DNA from: an uncultured Verrucomicrobiota bacterium
GTDB taxonomy: Bacteria; Verrucomicrobiota; Kiritimatiellia; Kiritimatiellales; Pontiellaceae
DNA: 64,000 nucleotides
Assembly: GCA_964639125.1 (NCBI GenBank)
Contig: CAZWZW010000001.1
Span: forward strand, 14,483-78,482
Reading direction: 5' to 3'
A program made the position numbers and the translations under genes. How positions within the stretch are numbered: the first letter of the stretch is position 1; every line of letters starts with the position of its first letter. Of this stretch, positions 36,221 through 46,698 are shown piece by piece. The notes beneath the pieces were generated by a model. That model ran no database searches, had not been told where the DNA came from, and saw nothing but the letters and a program-made list of their open reading frames with translations.

Positions 36221-37216
36221 ATGAAAGGTATATCCCATTTTATCTCCGGTGTGGCGCTGGCTTCCTGCTGTCCATGGACGGTTGATGCCGCACTCAACGG
36301 CAATCCTTCCTATTTTATTCTCGGTGCGATTTTCGGCCTTTTGCCCGACACCATCGACTTTAAGTTCTATCGCTTCTTTTATCACTATGACCAAATCATC
36401 ACGCCCGACCCATCTAATCCAGATCCGCAGGCCATGGCCGATCAGCTTGCTGAGGCGGTGGATGCGGCGCTAACGAACGATGGCATATACCGGCTGAAGG
36501 TTAACACCCTGCAACTGTCGGCCGACCAATGGCGCCAGTTTAAAATCCGTTTTGATACGAAGCGGCAGGCGGTCGAGGTTCAACTTGGGCCCATCGTCAC
36601 AACCGGGCAGATACCTGTGCCCGGAACGCTTCCGAAAAATATGCCCTTAGGCTGCAAAAAACTTTCTATTCCCATCAATAAAACCTACGAAGCCGTTACG
36701 ACCGTCGATATTTTCGACGGACCCGCCTTCGGCCTTGAAAAAGATGCTGACGGGCGGTTAACCGTTCATTTTTTGCCGTGGCACCGCAACTGGACGCATA
36801 GTCTGGTGGTTGCCGGTGCCCTGGCCGGTGCGGTTGTACTCGTTGCCGGCTGGCGGGCCGGTCTGGTGGCCTTCGGCGCATCCGCCGTCCATATTCTGGA
36901 AGATCAGTTGGGTTTTATGGGGTCCAACCTGTTTGCGCCGTTTACCTGCAAGCGGGTGAAAGGACTCTGCTGGATGCGCTCCGGCGACGCACTGCCCAAC
37001 TTTGCAACGGTTTGGTTCTGCTGCCTGCTCATCTTTTGGAACTGCTACCGCGCCATGCCCGACCCGCTGTACCACTTCGGATTTCTCCGGCTCATGCTCT
37101 ATGGCGGAATCATCCCGCTCGGCATATTCGGTTTGCTGCACCTTCTGCTTTCAGGAAAATCAAGCTGGCGAGAGCCAATCGATACCTCAACCGAGTGGGG
37201 CGAAGACCGTGCTTGA
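36221..37216 (+). CDS. membrane-bound metal-dependent hydrolase, YdjM/DUF457-like with large soluble insertion
   Basis: SHFISG at the N-terminus, WHRNWTHS and HILED motifs in the C-terminal TM region, and about 150 aa of non-membrane sequence between them. Confidence 0.55.
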   Translation: MKGISHFISGVALASCCPWTVDAALNGNPSYFILGAIFGLLPDTIDFKFYRFFYHYDQIITPDPSNPDPQAMADQLAEAVDAALTNDGIYRLKVNTLQLSADQWRQFKIRFDTKRQAVEVQLGPIVTTGQIPVPGTLPKNMPLGCKKLSIPINKTYEAVTTVDIFDGPAFGLEKDADGRLTVHFLPWHRNWTHSLVVAGALAGAVVLVAGWRAGLVAFGASAVHILEDQLGFMGSNLFAPFTCKRVKGLCWMRSGDALPNFATVWFCCLLIFWNCYRAMPDPLYHFGFLRLMLYGGIIPLGIFGLLHLLLSGKSSWREPIDTSTEWGEDRA

Positions 37217-37328
37217 GGCGATTGCTTTCAAGTATGTGGGGCAGACTTTCGCTATCGCTACCCATGACCGTCTGGATTGGTATTGAAAAATCGGCAAACT
37301 GCCGGTAATTTCTTTTATCTATGCAAGA

Positions 37329-37403
<75 letters not shown>

Positions 37404-37500
37404 ATTTCCCTTTTTGCCATCCTCGCTGGGGCGAGAGGTGCATATTGAAAAGAAATAATCCTGTAATCTGTCCGCAAAAAACAGTTTTATACGGCCACCT

Positions 37501-38487
37501 ATGAACAACGACATCATTACACCCGACATTGAGTTTGAGCAAAAGCTGCGGCCATCGCGCTTTGAGGATTTTACCGGACAGGATAAAATCAGGGAGCGGC
37601 TGGAGCTTTTCGTGGAGGCAGCACGGCAGCGCGACGATGTGCTGGACCATGTATTGCTGTCGGGGCCTCCGGGGCTGGGGAAAACCACGCTATCCTACAT
37701 CATCGCCAATGCGATGGATGTAAACATTAAGTGCACCTCCGGTCCGGTAATCGATAAGCCAGCCGATCTGGCGGGACTGCTGACGGGGCTGGAGCGCGGC
37801 GATGTGTTGTTCATCGATGAAATCCACCGCATGCAGCGCTCGGTGGAGGAATACCTCTATTCCGCGATGGAGGACTTTGTGATTGATATCATTATCGATC
37901 AGGGTCCCAACGCTCGCTCGGTGCGGTTGAATATCCCCCCCTTTACCCTGATTGGGGCCACCACGCGTAGCGGCATGCTTTCCGCTCCGATGCGCTCACG
38001 CTTCGGCCTGGTCAACCGGCTCGACTACTATGATGCCCAAACGCTGACTCTGATTGTTAAGCGTTCGGCGCAGATCCTTGGTGTTGAGATCGACGAAGAG
38101 GGGGCACTTGAAATTGCTTCACGTTCCCGCGGAACACCACGTATTGCGAACAATCTTCTACGTCGTGCGCGCGACTATGCACAGGTGAAGGCCGATAACC
38201 GCATTACCCGTGAGTTGGCGGATCAGGCGCTGAATCTGCTCGATATTGACGGCGACGGGCTGGAGGAGATGGATAAACGCATTCTTTCCTGCATCATCGA
38301 TAAGTTTGGTGGCGGCCCGGTCGGCCTGAACTCCATGTCGGTCTCGGTCGGCGAAGAGGCCGACACGATCGAGGAGGTGTATGAGCCCTACCTGATTCAG
38401 GAGGGCTATCTCCAGCGGACACCGCAGGGCCGTGTGGCCACGGCGCTGGCCTATCGAAAGTTTGGCCTGGTGCCGCCGGAAAAGTAG
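37501..38487 (+). CDS. ruvB: Holliday junction branch migration ATPase RuvB
   Basis: [15 protein letters not shown], Walker [10 protein letters not shown], Walker [15 protein letters not shown] sensor, [13 protein letters not shown]. Confidence 0.95.
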   Translation: MNNDIITPDIEFEQKLRPSRFEDFTGQDKIRERLELFVEAARQRDDVLDHVLLSGPPGLGKTTLSYIIANAMDVNIKCTSGPVIDKPADLAGLLTGLERGDVLFIDEIHRMQRSVEEYLYSAMEDFVIDIIIDQGPNARSVRLNIPPFTLIGATTRSGMLSAPMRSRFGLVNRLDYYDAQTLTLIVKRSAQILGVEIDEEGALEIASRSRGTPRIANNLLRRARDYAQVKADNRITRELADQALNLLDIDGDGLEEMDKRILSCIIDKFGGGPVGLNSMSVSVGEEADTIEEVYEPYLIQEGYLQRTPQGRVATALAYRKFGLVPPEK

Positions 38488-38493
38488 CTGTAG

Positions 38494-38538
38494 GCGGGAT
38501 CGGTGATCCCGCTCCACATGATCCGGGGTCGGCGACCC
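38494..38538. terminator. two GC-rich triloop hairpins between convergent ruvB and ppiC
   Basis: GCGGGATC-GGT-GATCCCGC (38494-38512) and GGGTC-GGC-GACCC (38526-38538). No clear U-tract, so terminator function is tentative. Confidence 0.4.
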
Positions 38539-38556
38539 GCCCCGGCTACACTATCC

Positions 38557-38838
38557 TTAGTCTGTGCGGTGGGTCACTTCCACGAGGTGGAAGCCAAACT
38601 GGGTCTTCACCGGACCCTGAACTTCGCCGACCGGCGCGCTGAAGACCACGTCATCGAATTCCTTTACCATCTGGCCGGGGCCGAAGGTGCCAAGTGCGCC
38701 GCCTTCTGCGCCTGACGGGCATTTGGAATGAGCTTTTGCCAGTTCTGCAAAATCAGCGCCGTCTTCAATCTGCTTTTTCAGATCTTCACAATCGGCTTCG
38801 GTGGCCACTAAAATATGTCGTGCTGCTGCGGATGCCAT
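38557..38838 (-). CDS. ppiC: parvulin-type peptidyl-prolyl cis-trans isomerase (PpiC-like, 93 aa)
   Basis: ARHILV, SKCPSGAEGGALGTFGPGQMVKEFD, and GFHLVEV at the C-terminus. Confidence 0.88.
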   Translation of the reverse strand: MASAAARHILVATEADCEDLKKQIEDGADFAELAKAHSKCPSGAEGGALGTFGPGQMVKEFDDVVFSAPVGEVQGPVKTQFGFHLVEVTHRTD

Positions 38839-38913
38839 AACGATACTCCTTTATTGTTATTGAAAGGGCTCGACGTTGCCGCTTTTTTGCCCGGCGTACA
38901 AGCCGGACATCAC

Positions 38914-39453
38914 TTATTTTTGATTCTTGGGGGATGAAGCGAGGCGCTCGGTAAGTGGAACAAACCGGTCAACCAGACGCATCTGCTCATCGGTCATGTT
39001 CGTTTGCATGCGCTGCCGGACATATTCGATGGCCTCCCCGGTGGATTGGCCTGTAATGTCGCGGACGATGGCGCAGGTCATCACGCCGGTACGCCCCACT
39101 CCGGCATTGCAGTGCACCGCCACGTTGGCTCCGGCGCGCAGATAGCCGGAAATCCGGTCGACGACTTTCGAAAAGGCGTGCAGTTCGGGGCTGGTATAGT
39201 CGGCAATCGGGAAGCGGATCGGCTCAATGTTGTTTTGCTTGTAAATGGCGAGCACATCACGTTTGGCTTTTTTCTCCAACTCGGAATCGGTCACCAGCAT
39301 CACGACAAACTCGATGTGGTTTTGTTTGTAGATCTTCAGCAGGGCATTGCCCGGGTCATACGGGCCGAACGGCATTGGGCTGACGAACAGCTTGCCCTTC
39401 AGCTCCAGTGGAATCTGTATGCAGGTTTTTTCCTGCTTCCGGAATAAAAACAT
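38914..39453 (-). CDS. dual-specificity / tyrosine protein phosphatase
   Basis: CX5R P-loop VHCNAGVGRTG. ATG 39453 (GGAGAG RBS) preferred over the TTG at 39465. Confidence 0.8.
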   Translation of the reverse strand: MFLFRKQEKTCIQIPLELKGKLFVSPMPFGPYDPGNALLKIYKQNHIEFVVMLVTDSELEKKAKRDVLAIYKQNNIEPIRFPIADYTSPELHAFSKVVDRISGYLRAGANVAVHCNAGVGRTGVMTCAIVRDITGQSTGEAIEYVRQRMQTNMTDEQMRLVDRFVPLTERLASSPKNQK

Positions 39454-39579
39454 CAAACTCTCCAATGTTGAAAATATCCTATATCCAATGGGTTGGAAAA
39501 TGAAACGAGAATTAACGAATAAGCAGGACGGGAAGTTTGAATGGTTCCGGTTTGAAATTGAAAGTCGGAGGGGTCACAA

Positions 39580-40239
39580 TTGATCGTTATGAAGATTGAG
39601 CGGTATATCAACGAGGTCCCTTTTTTTAAAGGCTTGAGCGAGGAGCACCGAAGCGAGCTGTCAGAAATCTGTAGCCTCAAGCAGGTGAAGAAACGCGACT
39701 ATCTCTTTCACGAGGGGGAAAAAGGGCGCAGCATGTTCATGCTGGTGGATGGGAATATTCAGTTGCACAAAAATACCGAAGATGGCCGAGAGGTCGTCAT
39801 TCGCGTGGTTAAACCCGGAGATGTTTTTGCAGAGGTCGTGCTGTTTGAAAAGGAGCGCTATCCGGTATCTGCCCGCGCGGTCACGAATGCCGATGTGCTC
39901 GTCTTTCCTCGTGAAGATATTCACCGCCTGTTGGCGGAAGAAGGATTCCGGAACGATTTTATATCGCTGTTAATGGCCAAGCAGCGCTATCTCGCTGAGC
40001 GGATACAAGAGTTGACCACGAAGGATGTCGAGCATCGCCTGTTTACGTTTCTGCGCAGCCAGTACGGAGAAAGAGAAACCATTCACACGCCGCTCTCCAA
40101 AAAGGATATCGCCGCCGCCATCGGCACCACGCCCGAGAGTCTGTCGCGGTTGATTTTGCGTCTGCACGAAGATAAAATTATCGATTGGCAGGGCAAGGAG
40201 ATCCGTATTCTCTCCAATCCGTGGAAGTGGTTGGATTAA
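39580..40239 (+). CDS. Crp/Fnr family transcriptional regulator (no Fnr Cys cluster)
   Basis: cNMP-binding fold (FFKGLSEEHRSEL...GEKGRSMFMLVDG) and a C-terminal HTH (KKDIAAAIGTTPESLSRLILRL). Start is either TTG 39580 (GGAGG 7 nt upstream) or ATG 39589. Confidence 0.85.
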   Translation: MIVMKIERYINEVPFFKGLSEEHRSELSEICSLKQVKKRDYLFHEGEKGRSMFMLVDGNIQLHKNTEDGREVVIRVVKPGDVFAEVVLFEKERYPVSARAVTNADVLVFPREDIHRLLAEEGFRNDFISLLMAKQRYLAERIQELTTKDVEHRLFTFLRSQYGERETIHTPLSKKDIAAAIGTTPESLSRLILRLHEDKIIDWQGKEIRILSNPWKWLD

Positions 40240-40246
40240 ATAGATT

Positions 40247-40293
40247 TTAAACACCAAGGCACAAAGGACTCGAAGGGGAGTCTTCGTGTTTAA
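40247..40293. terminator. stem-loop between convergent crp-like and prfA genes
   Basis: Outer arms TTAAACAC / GTGTTTAA, inner GACTC / GAGTC. A U-rich run follows on the plus strand only. Confidence 0.4.
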
Positions 40294-41376
40294 TTATGCT
40301 TCCATCTGCTGCTTGATGCGTTCTTCGACATCGTGCTCGTAGAGGGCGGTGAGGATTTCCTCGAGGGTGCCTTCCATGACGCGGTCGAGCTTGTAGAGCG
40401 TGAGTCCGATGCGGTGGTCGGTTAAGCGATTCTGTGGAAAGTTGTAGGTGCGGATCTTTTCGGAGCGGTCGCCGGAGCCGACCATGGATTTGCGCTCGGA
40501 GGCTTGGGCCGCTTCGTTTTCCCGTTGTTGAGTGTCGTAGATTCTGGCGCGCAGCATTTTCATGGCGGCGGCTTTGTTCTTATGCTGTGAACGTTCGTCC
40601 TGGCATTGTACGACGGTGCCGGTCGGGATATGGGTGATACGGATGGCTGAGTCTGTGGTGTTGACGTGCTGTCCGCCGGCACCCTGTGCGCGGTAGGTGT
40701 CGATGCGGAGGTCTTCGGTGCGGATTTCGATGTCGACTTCTTCCACTTCCGCGAGAACGGCAACGGTTGCGGCGGAGGTGTGCACGCGGCCTTGTGTTTC
40801 CGTGGCGGGTACGCGCTGCACCCGGTGGGTGCCGCCTTCGTGTTTAAGGGCTTTATAAACGTCGTCGCCTTCGACGGAGAAGGAAACCTCTTTGTAGCCA
40901 CCGGATTCGGATGGGCTGACGTCGAGCACTTTGTGTTTCCAGCCTTTGACGTCGAAGTAGCGGGTATACATGCGGTAGAGGTCGCCGCAGAAGATGCCGG
41001 CTTCGTTTCCGCCGGTCCCGGCACGAATTTCCATGATGACGTTTCGGCTGTCGGTCGGGTCCGGCGGAATGAGGGAAATCATCATTTCGCGCTCGGCCTG
41101 CGGAAGCTTTTCCCTGATATCGGCCAATTCCATTTCGGCCATTTCGCGCAATTCGGCATCGGAAGAGGAGTCGGCCAGAATGGCTTCGCTCTCTTCTTTT
41201 GAATCAGCCAGGGCCAAAAAGTTTTTTGCACATTCCGCCAACTTCTTATGATGGGCGTATTCGCGCATGCAATCCTGCATCTTCTTGGGGTCGGCGGAGA
41301 CCTCGGGCTGCGACATGCGCGTTTCGAGTACACCCAGCTTGGACTGAAGCTGTTCAAGATATGCGTGATCGATCAT
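40294..41376 (-). CDS. prfA: peptide chain release factor 1
   Basis: PAT tripeptide ([13 protein letters not shown]) and GGQ motif ([22 protein letters not shown]). Confidence 0.95.
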   Translation of the reverse strand: MIDHAYLEQLQSKLGVLETRMSQPEVSADPKKMQDCMREYAHHKKLAECAKNFLALADSKEESEAILADSSSDAELREMAEMELADIREKLPQAEREMMISLIPPDPTDSRNVIMEIRAGTGGNEAGIFCGDLYRMYTRYFDVKGWKHKVLDVSPSESGGYKEVSFSVEGDDVYKALKHEGGTHRVQRVPATETQGRVHTSAATVAVLAEVEEVDIEIRTEDLRIDTYRAQGAGGQHVNTTDSAIRITHIPTGTVVQCQDERSQHKNKAAAMKMLRARIYDTQQRENEAAQASERKSMVGSGDRSEKIRTYNFPQNRLTDHRIGLTLYKLDRVMEGTLEEILTALYEHDVEERIKQQMEA

Positions 41377-41412
41377 GGATTTTACCGTTTAGGGAATCAA
41401 AGACTACAGACG

Positions 41413-41448
41413 CAAAAAGGCCGAACCGGCTTGCGCGGGTCCGGCCTT
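41413..41448 (-). terminator. intrinsic terminator-like hairpin downstream of rpmE
   Basis: On the minus strand: AAGGCCG-(18-nt loop with an inner CCGG/CCGG pairing)-CGGCCTT followed by TTTG. Confidence 0.55.
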
Positions 41449-41464
41449 CCGGGAAACCGTTTGT

Positions 41465-41671
41465 CTAATACGTGCCTTCTGCGAAACGCTTCTTGAAGCG
41501 GTCGACGCGGCCTTCCGTATCGATGAGTTTCGCGCTACCTGTAAAGAACGGGTGGCAACTGGAGCAGGTGTTCACGTGCATTTCCTTGACGGTGGATCGG
41601 GTTGCGATCTCGTTACCGCAGGCGCAACGGATCACTGCGTCTTCATATTTCGGGTGAATTTCTTTGTTCAT
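41465..41671 (-). CDS. rpmE: 50S ribosomal protein L31
   Basis: MNKEIHPKY..., CxC...CSSCHPFFTG zinc-ribbon pattern. ATG 41671 follows a GAGGA RBS. Confidence 0.93.
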   Translation of the reverse strand: MNKEIHPKYEDAVIRCACGNEIATRSTVKEMHVNTCSSCHPFFTGSAKLIDTEGRVDRFKKRFAEGTY

Positions 41672-41805
41672 TGCTAAAATCCTCGTGTTCAATTGGGAGC
41701 GTGGTTTTTAAACAAACCGCCGGAGCAAACGCAAGGTTAACTTTTTGTTTTTTTGGAAAGAATAGTCTTCCCGACTTATCCTCCCTTAAGTACAGTTTTA
41801 GCGTT

Positions 41806-44661
41806 ATGTGTAATATTATCCGCGATATATGGGGAAGAGGCGTCCGTTTTATACTGTTTGTGACTCTGTTATGGGTGCCTCTGGCAACGGTATTCGGTCG
41901 TGGTGTAACGGAGAGTCAGCTGGCCAAGTTGGACCCGGCTTCCGAGGCCACCAGTGTGTTGCTTGAAACCATTAAGGAGCTCCTTAAAAACGAGCAGATT
42001 GCGGAGGCGGAACCGTTTCTTGAAGAGGTTGTTCAGCGGCTTGAAGGCGACGAAGATCGCAAGGCACGCCAAACGCTGGCCTTCAGCACATACCAATTGG
42101 CGCATTGCCGGATGAAACTGGGCGAATATGCCCGCGCCGCCAAAAGCTTTATCGAGTTTGCCGACGAATTTCCCGACGATCCCCAGAATGATTCCGGCCG
42201 GGTGCTGGCGGCGCAATGTTTGACCTTGCAGCAAAAATGGGCGGATGTTGAAACGCAGGTGGCCATGGTGCTGGAAAACCGCCGCTTGGCTGAGGATTTG
42301 AAACTTGCCGCCAATCAATTGCTGGCGGAGGCCCGTTATCAGCAGGAAAAATGGAGTGCTGCCATTCCACCGTTGATCTCGCTTTTCCGGTCCGCACGGA
42401 AAGATACCGTGCGCGCCGGCACGGCCGTCATGCTCGTGACCTGCTATGTGCGGGTAAATGATTTTGCCAATCTGTTTAAGTTTCTCCCTCATTGCGATAT
42501 GACCGCGCGCCATGATGTGGGGCTGAACCTGGCGCTGTTGGAGGCTGGTGATGCCCACTATAATGCCGGCGAATTTCAGAAGGCCCTGCTGCTCTACCGG
42601 CTTGTGTTGCTGAAAGAGGAGTTGGTTGCGCATTATGAAAACCGCATACGCGACCTGAAGCACAACATGAAACCGTTCGTGGCTGGAGGATCCCAATCGC
42701 TTTTCGAGTTTAAGGATCAGCAGGTTAAGCAACAGCAGATACTTGAGCGGCTGCAAAAGAACTATCAGGTCCTCACGGAGCTTCCGGATTATGATATGGA
42801 TGTGACCCTGCGCATGGCTCAGTGTTATAATGATCTGGGCCGCAACTGGCCGGCGCATGCCATCTATCAGCGCATCTATCGCGAAACGCCCACCAGCCCG
42901 TTGGCCGATCAAGCGCGTTTCTCCGCGTTCGCCGTAATGCTCGATGAAAGCGAGTGGGCTCAGGCGATTACCGAGGGCTATGAGTATGTTGAGCAGATGC
43001 CTCAAGGTGAATATATAGATGATGTGACGCTCAACCTGATGCAGGTCCACATGCAGCAGAATCAGTTTGATCTCGCCTATGACATTGGCCGGAAAGGACT
43101 GGAGATTTCTCCGAACCACAAACATATCGATCAGGTGAAATACTTGATGGGCTACATCCGCTTTATGCAGTTTGATTATGCGGAAGCCCTCGCAGCGTTC
43201 GAAGAGGTGCTCAAGAACTGGCCGGACAGCCGCTACTATGAGTCGGCCGAGTATTGGCGCTCGATGGCGAAACTATTCCTGGGCCGCTACACCGAAGCCG
43301 TCACCGCTTTCAGTGCCTATCTTTCCAATCCGAAGTATGATCCGCACTTTTACGAGGAAGACGCCTCCTACCGGATGGGCATTGCCCAATACGGTGCCGA
43401 GCAGTTTGTAGAGTCCGAAGCCACCTTCAACGCATTTGTGGAAAAGTATCCCGAAAGCCACTTGCTCTCGGAGGCGTATGCCATGCTCGGCGATCTGCGT
43501 GCGGCAGAGGGCGACCTGCAGGTTGCCCTCGATTTCTACAAACTGGCGCGTGAAAAGGCGCTCAACATGGCCCAGATAAACTATCCGCTGTTCCAGGCGG
43601 CGAAGGTGCTGGAGCTGGACAAAAGATTTTTGGATATAGTTGGACTGATGGATGGTTACCTGAAGAAGTGGGGCGCAAAAGGAGACTTTTCCAATGCCGC
43701 CAATTGGAAGGGCAAAGCCTACAAGGCGCTGGATGAATATCCGCGCGCGCTGGACGCCTACTTCACTACAGTGGATGCCTTTGGAAACGATGCCGATCTG
43801 GCAGGGATCGATCTGATTCTCAACGAGGTAATCAATGATTATACAGGTGAAGACTGGGTGGCGTATCGCTCGGTTATCACCGACAAGCTCGATGCCCGTC
43901 TAAATGCAGCCGTGGAAAGCCGTCAAAAGACACTGGAACTGCACTACCTGACCGTGTTTGCACGTATATACAAAGATGATGCTCGCTCCTTTTACGTGGA
44001 TGAAGTTGTTCAGGAGCGGAATGTTCCGGCGGCGGGGTCGGGTACACTCGTGTTGATCGCTCGCGAAGGCGTGGCCCGGAAGGATTATGAACTCGTACAC
44101 GCGGCATACAACCGCTTCATGTCCACCTTCGAAATTTCCAATAACATGCTTTATATGATGAATGCCAACCTGGATGCGCTTGTGGGCGACGGAAGTTATG
44201 ACGATGCCCTCGCACTGTCCGAGGAAATTCTCATGAAGTTTGGCTACAGCAAGTCGGTCGGCTGGGCACGGAAGCGCCGCGGGGATGTCTACCGTATGCA
44301 GAAAAAGTACGATCTGGCCCTTGAAGCCTATAAAGAAGTGCTGGCCATTCGCGAGTGGCGGGGTCCACTCACCCCGGAAGCGCTCTATTGCAGCGGGATC
44401 TGCAAGTTGGAGCTTGGCGAGGTCGAAGAAGCCTATGCCTACTTCCAGCGCATCTATGTGCTTTACGAGGATTACACCCAATGGGTTGCCCCCGCCTATG
44501 CAAAAAGTATTAAGTGTCTGGAACTGCTGGGTGGCCGGGGTGAAGAAATCATTAATACATATCGGGAAATGCTGAAGAATGAAAAGGTGGCGGCCACACC
44601 CGATGGGAAAACGGCTCGTAAACGTCTACAGGAATTGGCTCCGGCGGGAGAAACATTATGA
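41806..44661 (+). CDS. large secreted tetratricopeptide-repeat (TPR) protein, 951 aa
   Basis: Signal/TM-like N-terminus (VRFILFVTLLWVPLATVFG) and repeated TPR-like A/Y/L periodicity throughout. The ORF-track start 41602 overlaps rpmE and was rejected in favour of ATG 41806. Confidence 0.7.
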   Translation: MCNIIRDIWGRGVRFILFVTLLWVPLATVFGRGVTESQLAKLDPASEATSVLLETIKELLKNEQIAEAEPFLEEVVQRLEGDEDRKARQTLAFSTYQLAHCRMKLGEYARAAKSFIEFADEFPDDPQNDSGRVLAAQCLTLQQKWADVETQVAMVLENRRLAEDLKLAANQLLAEARYQQEKWSAAIPPLISLFRSARKDTVRAGTAVMLVTCYVRVNDFANLFKFLPHCDMTARHDVGLNLALLEAGDAHYNAGEFQKALLLYRLVLLKEELVAHYENRIRDLKHNMKPFVAGGSQSLFEFKDQQVKQQQILERLQKNYQVLTELPDYDMDVTLRMAQCYNDLGRNWPAHAIYQRIYRETPTSPLADQARFSAFAVMLDESEWAQAITEGYEYVEQMPQGEYIDDVTLNLMQVHMQQNQFDLAYDIGRKGLEISPNHKHIDQVKYLMGYIRFMQFDYAEALAAFEEVLKNWPDSRYYESAEYWRSMAKLFLGRYTEAVTAFSAYLSNPKYDPHFYEEDASYRMGIAQYGAEQFVESEATFNAFVEKYPESHLLSEAYAMLGDLRAAEGDLQVALDFYKLAREKALNMAQINYPLFQAAKVLELDKRFLDIVGLMDGYLKKWGAKGDFSNAANWKGKAYKALDEYPRALDAYFTTVDAFGNDADLAGIDLILNEVINDYTGEDWVAYRSVITDKLDARLNAAVESRQKTLELHYLTVFARIYKDDARSFYVDEVVQERNVPAAGSGTLVLIAREGVARKDYELVHAAYNRFMSTFEISNNMLYMMNANLDALVGDGSYDDALALSEEILMKFGYSKSVGWARKRRGDVYRMQKKYDLALEAYKEVLAIREWRGPLTPEALYCSGICKLELGEVEEAYAYFQRIYVLYEDYTQWVAPAYAKSIKCLELLGGRGEEIINTYREMLKNEKVAATPDGKTARKRLQELAPAGETL

Positions 44662-45479
44662 ATCCGTTAGGAAAAATATCATCTATTCTGTTGGTCGTGT
44701 GTGGGTTTGCCGTGGTCTCGAATGCCCAGTATGCAGCGAAGGTTATACTCAACTCGGGCAACTCTTTCGTGGTACAAAAGCTAAATATTCGTGGGGGGCA
44801 GCTCTATTCGGAAACGGGGCAGGCTTCGACTTCGCTCTCCATGGTGAAAGCGGTAGAGTTTCGATTTGTCGGACTTAGTCTGAAGATGTGCGAAGACAAG
44901 TTCCGCTCCGGCGACCACCGGTCGCTCGAAGCGTTGCTCAGTCAGTATGTCGACCCGGTGATCCAATACAGTTATTTGCCGGGCAATCTGGGCGACTATC
45001 TGATCTGGCAGCTTCGCGTGCAATATTGGAACCGCAACTATGCCGCAGCGGCGGAGACGATCCGGCAGCTCCGAAAGTCCGGCAATCAGGCGTATGTCGA
45101 TGCTTCCAGCCTTTACTATGCACTGCTGCTTCTTGATCAGGAAAAACTCGAAGATGCCAAAGTCATGTTTTCCAATGTGGTCGATCCAGAAAAGGTTTCA
45201 GTGCCGATGACGGAATATTACCGCGGCCAGCTGGCGCTAAAGAGCGGCGACTATCGGCAGGCCATGCAGCACGTTGCAAAAATTCTTGCTTTTCATAGTC
45301 GCGACGCCGAATGGCTTCCGCCTGCCACGCTGCTCGAAGCTCGCATCTATCAAGACTCCGGCCACTCCGAAAAGGCCGAAGTTGTTGCAGACGAATTGAT
45401 AATGGCCTATCCCGGCACGCAATGGAGCAAGCTGGGGGAAAAGATTAAACGGGAAGTAAACGGAAAACGTGGAGGGTAG
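44658..45479 (+). CDS. secreted TPR-like protein, 273 aa
   Basis: Signal peptide (ISSILLVVCGFAVVSNAQ) and TPR-like helices. ATGA overlap with the upstream TPR gene. Confidence 0.6.
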   Translation: MNPLGKISSILLVVCGFAVVSNAQYAAKVILNSGNSFVVQKLNIRGGQLYSETGQASTSLSMVKAVEFRFVGLSLKMCEDKFRSGDHRSLEALLSQYVDPVIQYSYLPGNLGDYLIWQLRVQYWNRNYAAAAETIRQLRKSGNQAYVDASSLYYALLLLDQEKLEDAKVMFSNVVDPEKVSVPMTEYYRGQLALKSGDYRQAMQHVAKILAFHSRDAEWLPPATLLEARIYQDSGHSEKAEVVADELIMAYPGTQWSKLGEKIKREVNGKRGG

Positions 45480-45484
45480 TTAAG

Positions 45485-46246
45485 ATGAAAAAAAGATATT
45501 TTGGTTTGATGGCCATGCTGGTGTTGTTGGTCGCAATGGTATTGCCGATCGCCACGACATTGGCACAGGACGCAGCCGTTGCACCGGCCAGCGAGGCTGT
45601 AGATGTGGGTGAATCGATTACTTTCGGCGCATTGATCAAGCAGGGGGGGTGGGCAATGTATCCCTTGGGTTTCTTCTCAATGGCCACCCTCTATTTTGTC
45701 ATTCGCAACAGTATCATGCTGCGCGAAAAAAACATGCTACGGGCGGATTTGAAGGCAGATATTGAGTCGTTGATGCGCAATCGTGATGTGGCTGGGGTTC
45801 GCTCCCTGTGTGCCGAGCATGACTGCCTGCTGACGGCCGTACTCGATGCCGGAATGGAGCGTATTTCCGAGGAACATGAATATGATGCTCCCCATGTGAT
45901 GGAAGCCATCGAAGAGGCGGGCAACGAGCAAATGGTCCTCTTCATGAAGCCGATTAACTATCTCTCCATCATTGGCGGAACCTCTCCCATGCTGGGATTG
46001 CTGGGTACGGTTTCCGGTATGATCAAGGCCTTCCAGACCATCGCGTCCGGCGGCATGGGAAATCCGGAAGAGCTTGCGGGGAACATCGGCGAGGCTCTGA
46101 TTACAACGGCTGCCGGTCTGATCATTGCTATTCCGGCCATGATTGCCTACTTTATCTTCAAGAACAGCTTCATCAAGAGCATGTCTTCGATGGGGCGTCT
46201 GGTCGGCCACTTTATGAATATTTTCCGCTACGCTAAAGGTAAATAG
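45485..46246 (+). CDS. exbB: MotA/TolQ/ExbB proton-channel family protein
   Basis: C-terminal channel block GGTSPMLGLLGTVSGMIKAF...LAGNIGEALITTAAGLIIAIPA. Confidence 0.88.
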   Translation: MKKRYFGLMAMLVLLVAMVLPIATTLAQDAAVAPASEAVDVGESITFGALIKQGGWAMYPLGFFSMATLYFVIRNSIMLREKNMLRADLKADIESLMRNRDVAGVRSLCAEHDCLLTAVLDAGMERISEEHEYDAPHVMEAIEEAGNEQMVLFMKPINYLSIIGGTSPMLGLLGTVSGMIKAFQTIASGGMGNPEELAGNIGEALITTAAGLIIAIPAMIAYFIFKNSFIKSMSSMGRLVGHFMNIFRYAKGK

Positions 46247-46264
46247 ACCGGCCGGAGGCTGTCC

Positions 46265-46696
46265 GTGAAATTTAAAATTCCAGTTGAAGGCGGTGACGAC
46301 GATATCAACATGGCTCCCATGATTGATATGGTCTTCTTGCTGCTCATTTTCTTCATGGTTGCATCGCACCTGACGAAGATGGACCGGACACCGGTTGAGC
46401 TTCCGGTGGCCACCAAGTCTGTGGTGCCTGAGAGTGCCCGCGGACGGCAGATGATTACTATCCGTTCGCAGGACATGACCGGCGAAGAGGTCGATATTTT
46501 TATGAATCTAAGAATGATCTCGGTGGAGGAAATCACACCCGTTGTCCGCAAGTTGCTTGCGGACAACAAGGATGCCGAGGTCTACCTGCGGGCTGATCGC
46601 TATGCCAAGTATAAACACGTAAGGGAAGTCATGGCTTCCTGTGCGGAAGGCGGCGTGGCCAATGTAATTTTTGCCACGTTTGAATCGGGGAACTAA
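46265..46696 (+). CDS. exbD: ExbD/TolR biopolymer transport protein
   Basis: INMAPMIDMVFLLLIFFMV motif. GTG start with GGAGG 6 nt upstream. Confidence 0.85.
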   Translation: MKFKIPVEGGDDDINMAPMIDMVFLLLIFFMVASHLTKMDRTPVELPVATKSVVPESARGRQMITIRSQDMTGEEVDIFMNLRMISVEEITPVVRKLLADNKDAEVYLRADRYAKYKHVREVMASCAEGGVANVIFATFESGN

Positions 46697-46698
46697 TC

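Noticed and set aside
37292-37316. Hairpin CGGCA-AAC-TGCCG plus T-rich run after the YdjM-like gene as a terminator
   Set aside because: The stem is only 5 bp and the T-run is interrupted. This is plausible but too weak to list as a feature.
41602-41805. Upstream extensions of ORF-track starts (TPR protein 41602; also 13525-15366, 15519-17054, 19739, 22515, 26024, 50469)
   Set aside because: The extensions overlap neighbouring genes or lack an RBS. Internal ATGs preceded by GGAG-type RBSs coincide with the homologous N-termini, so the shorter models were used.
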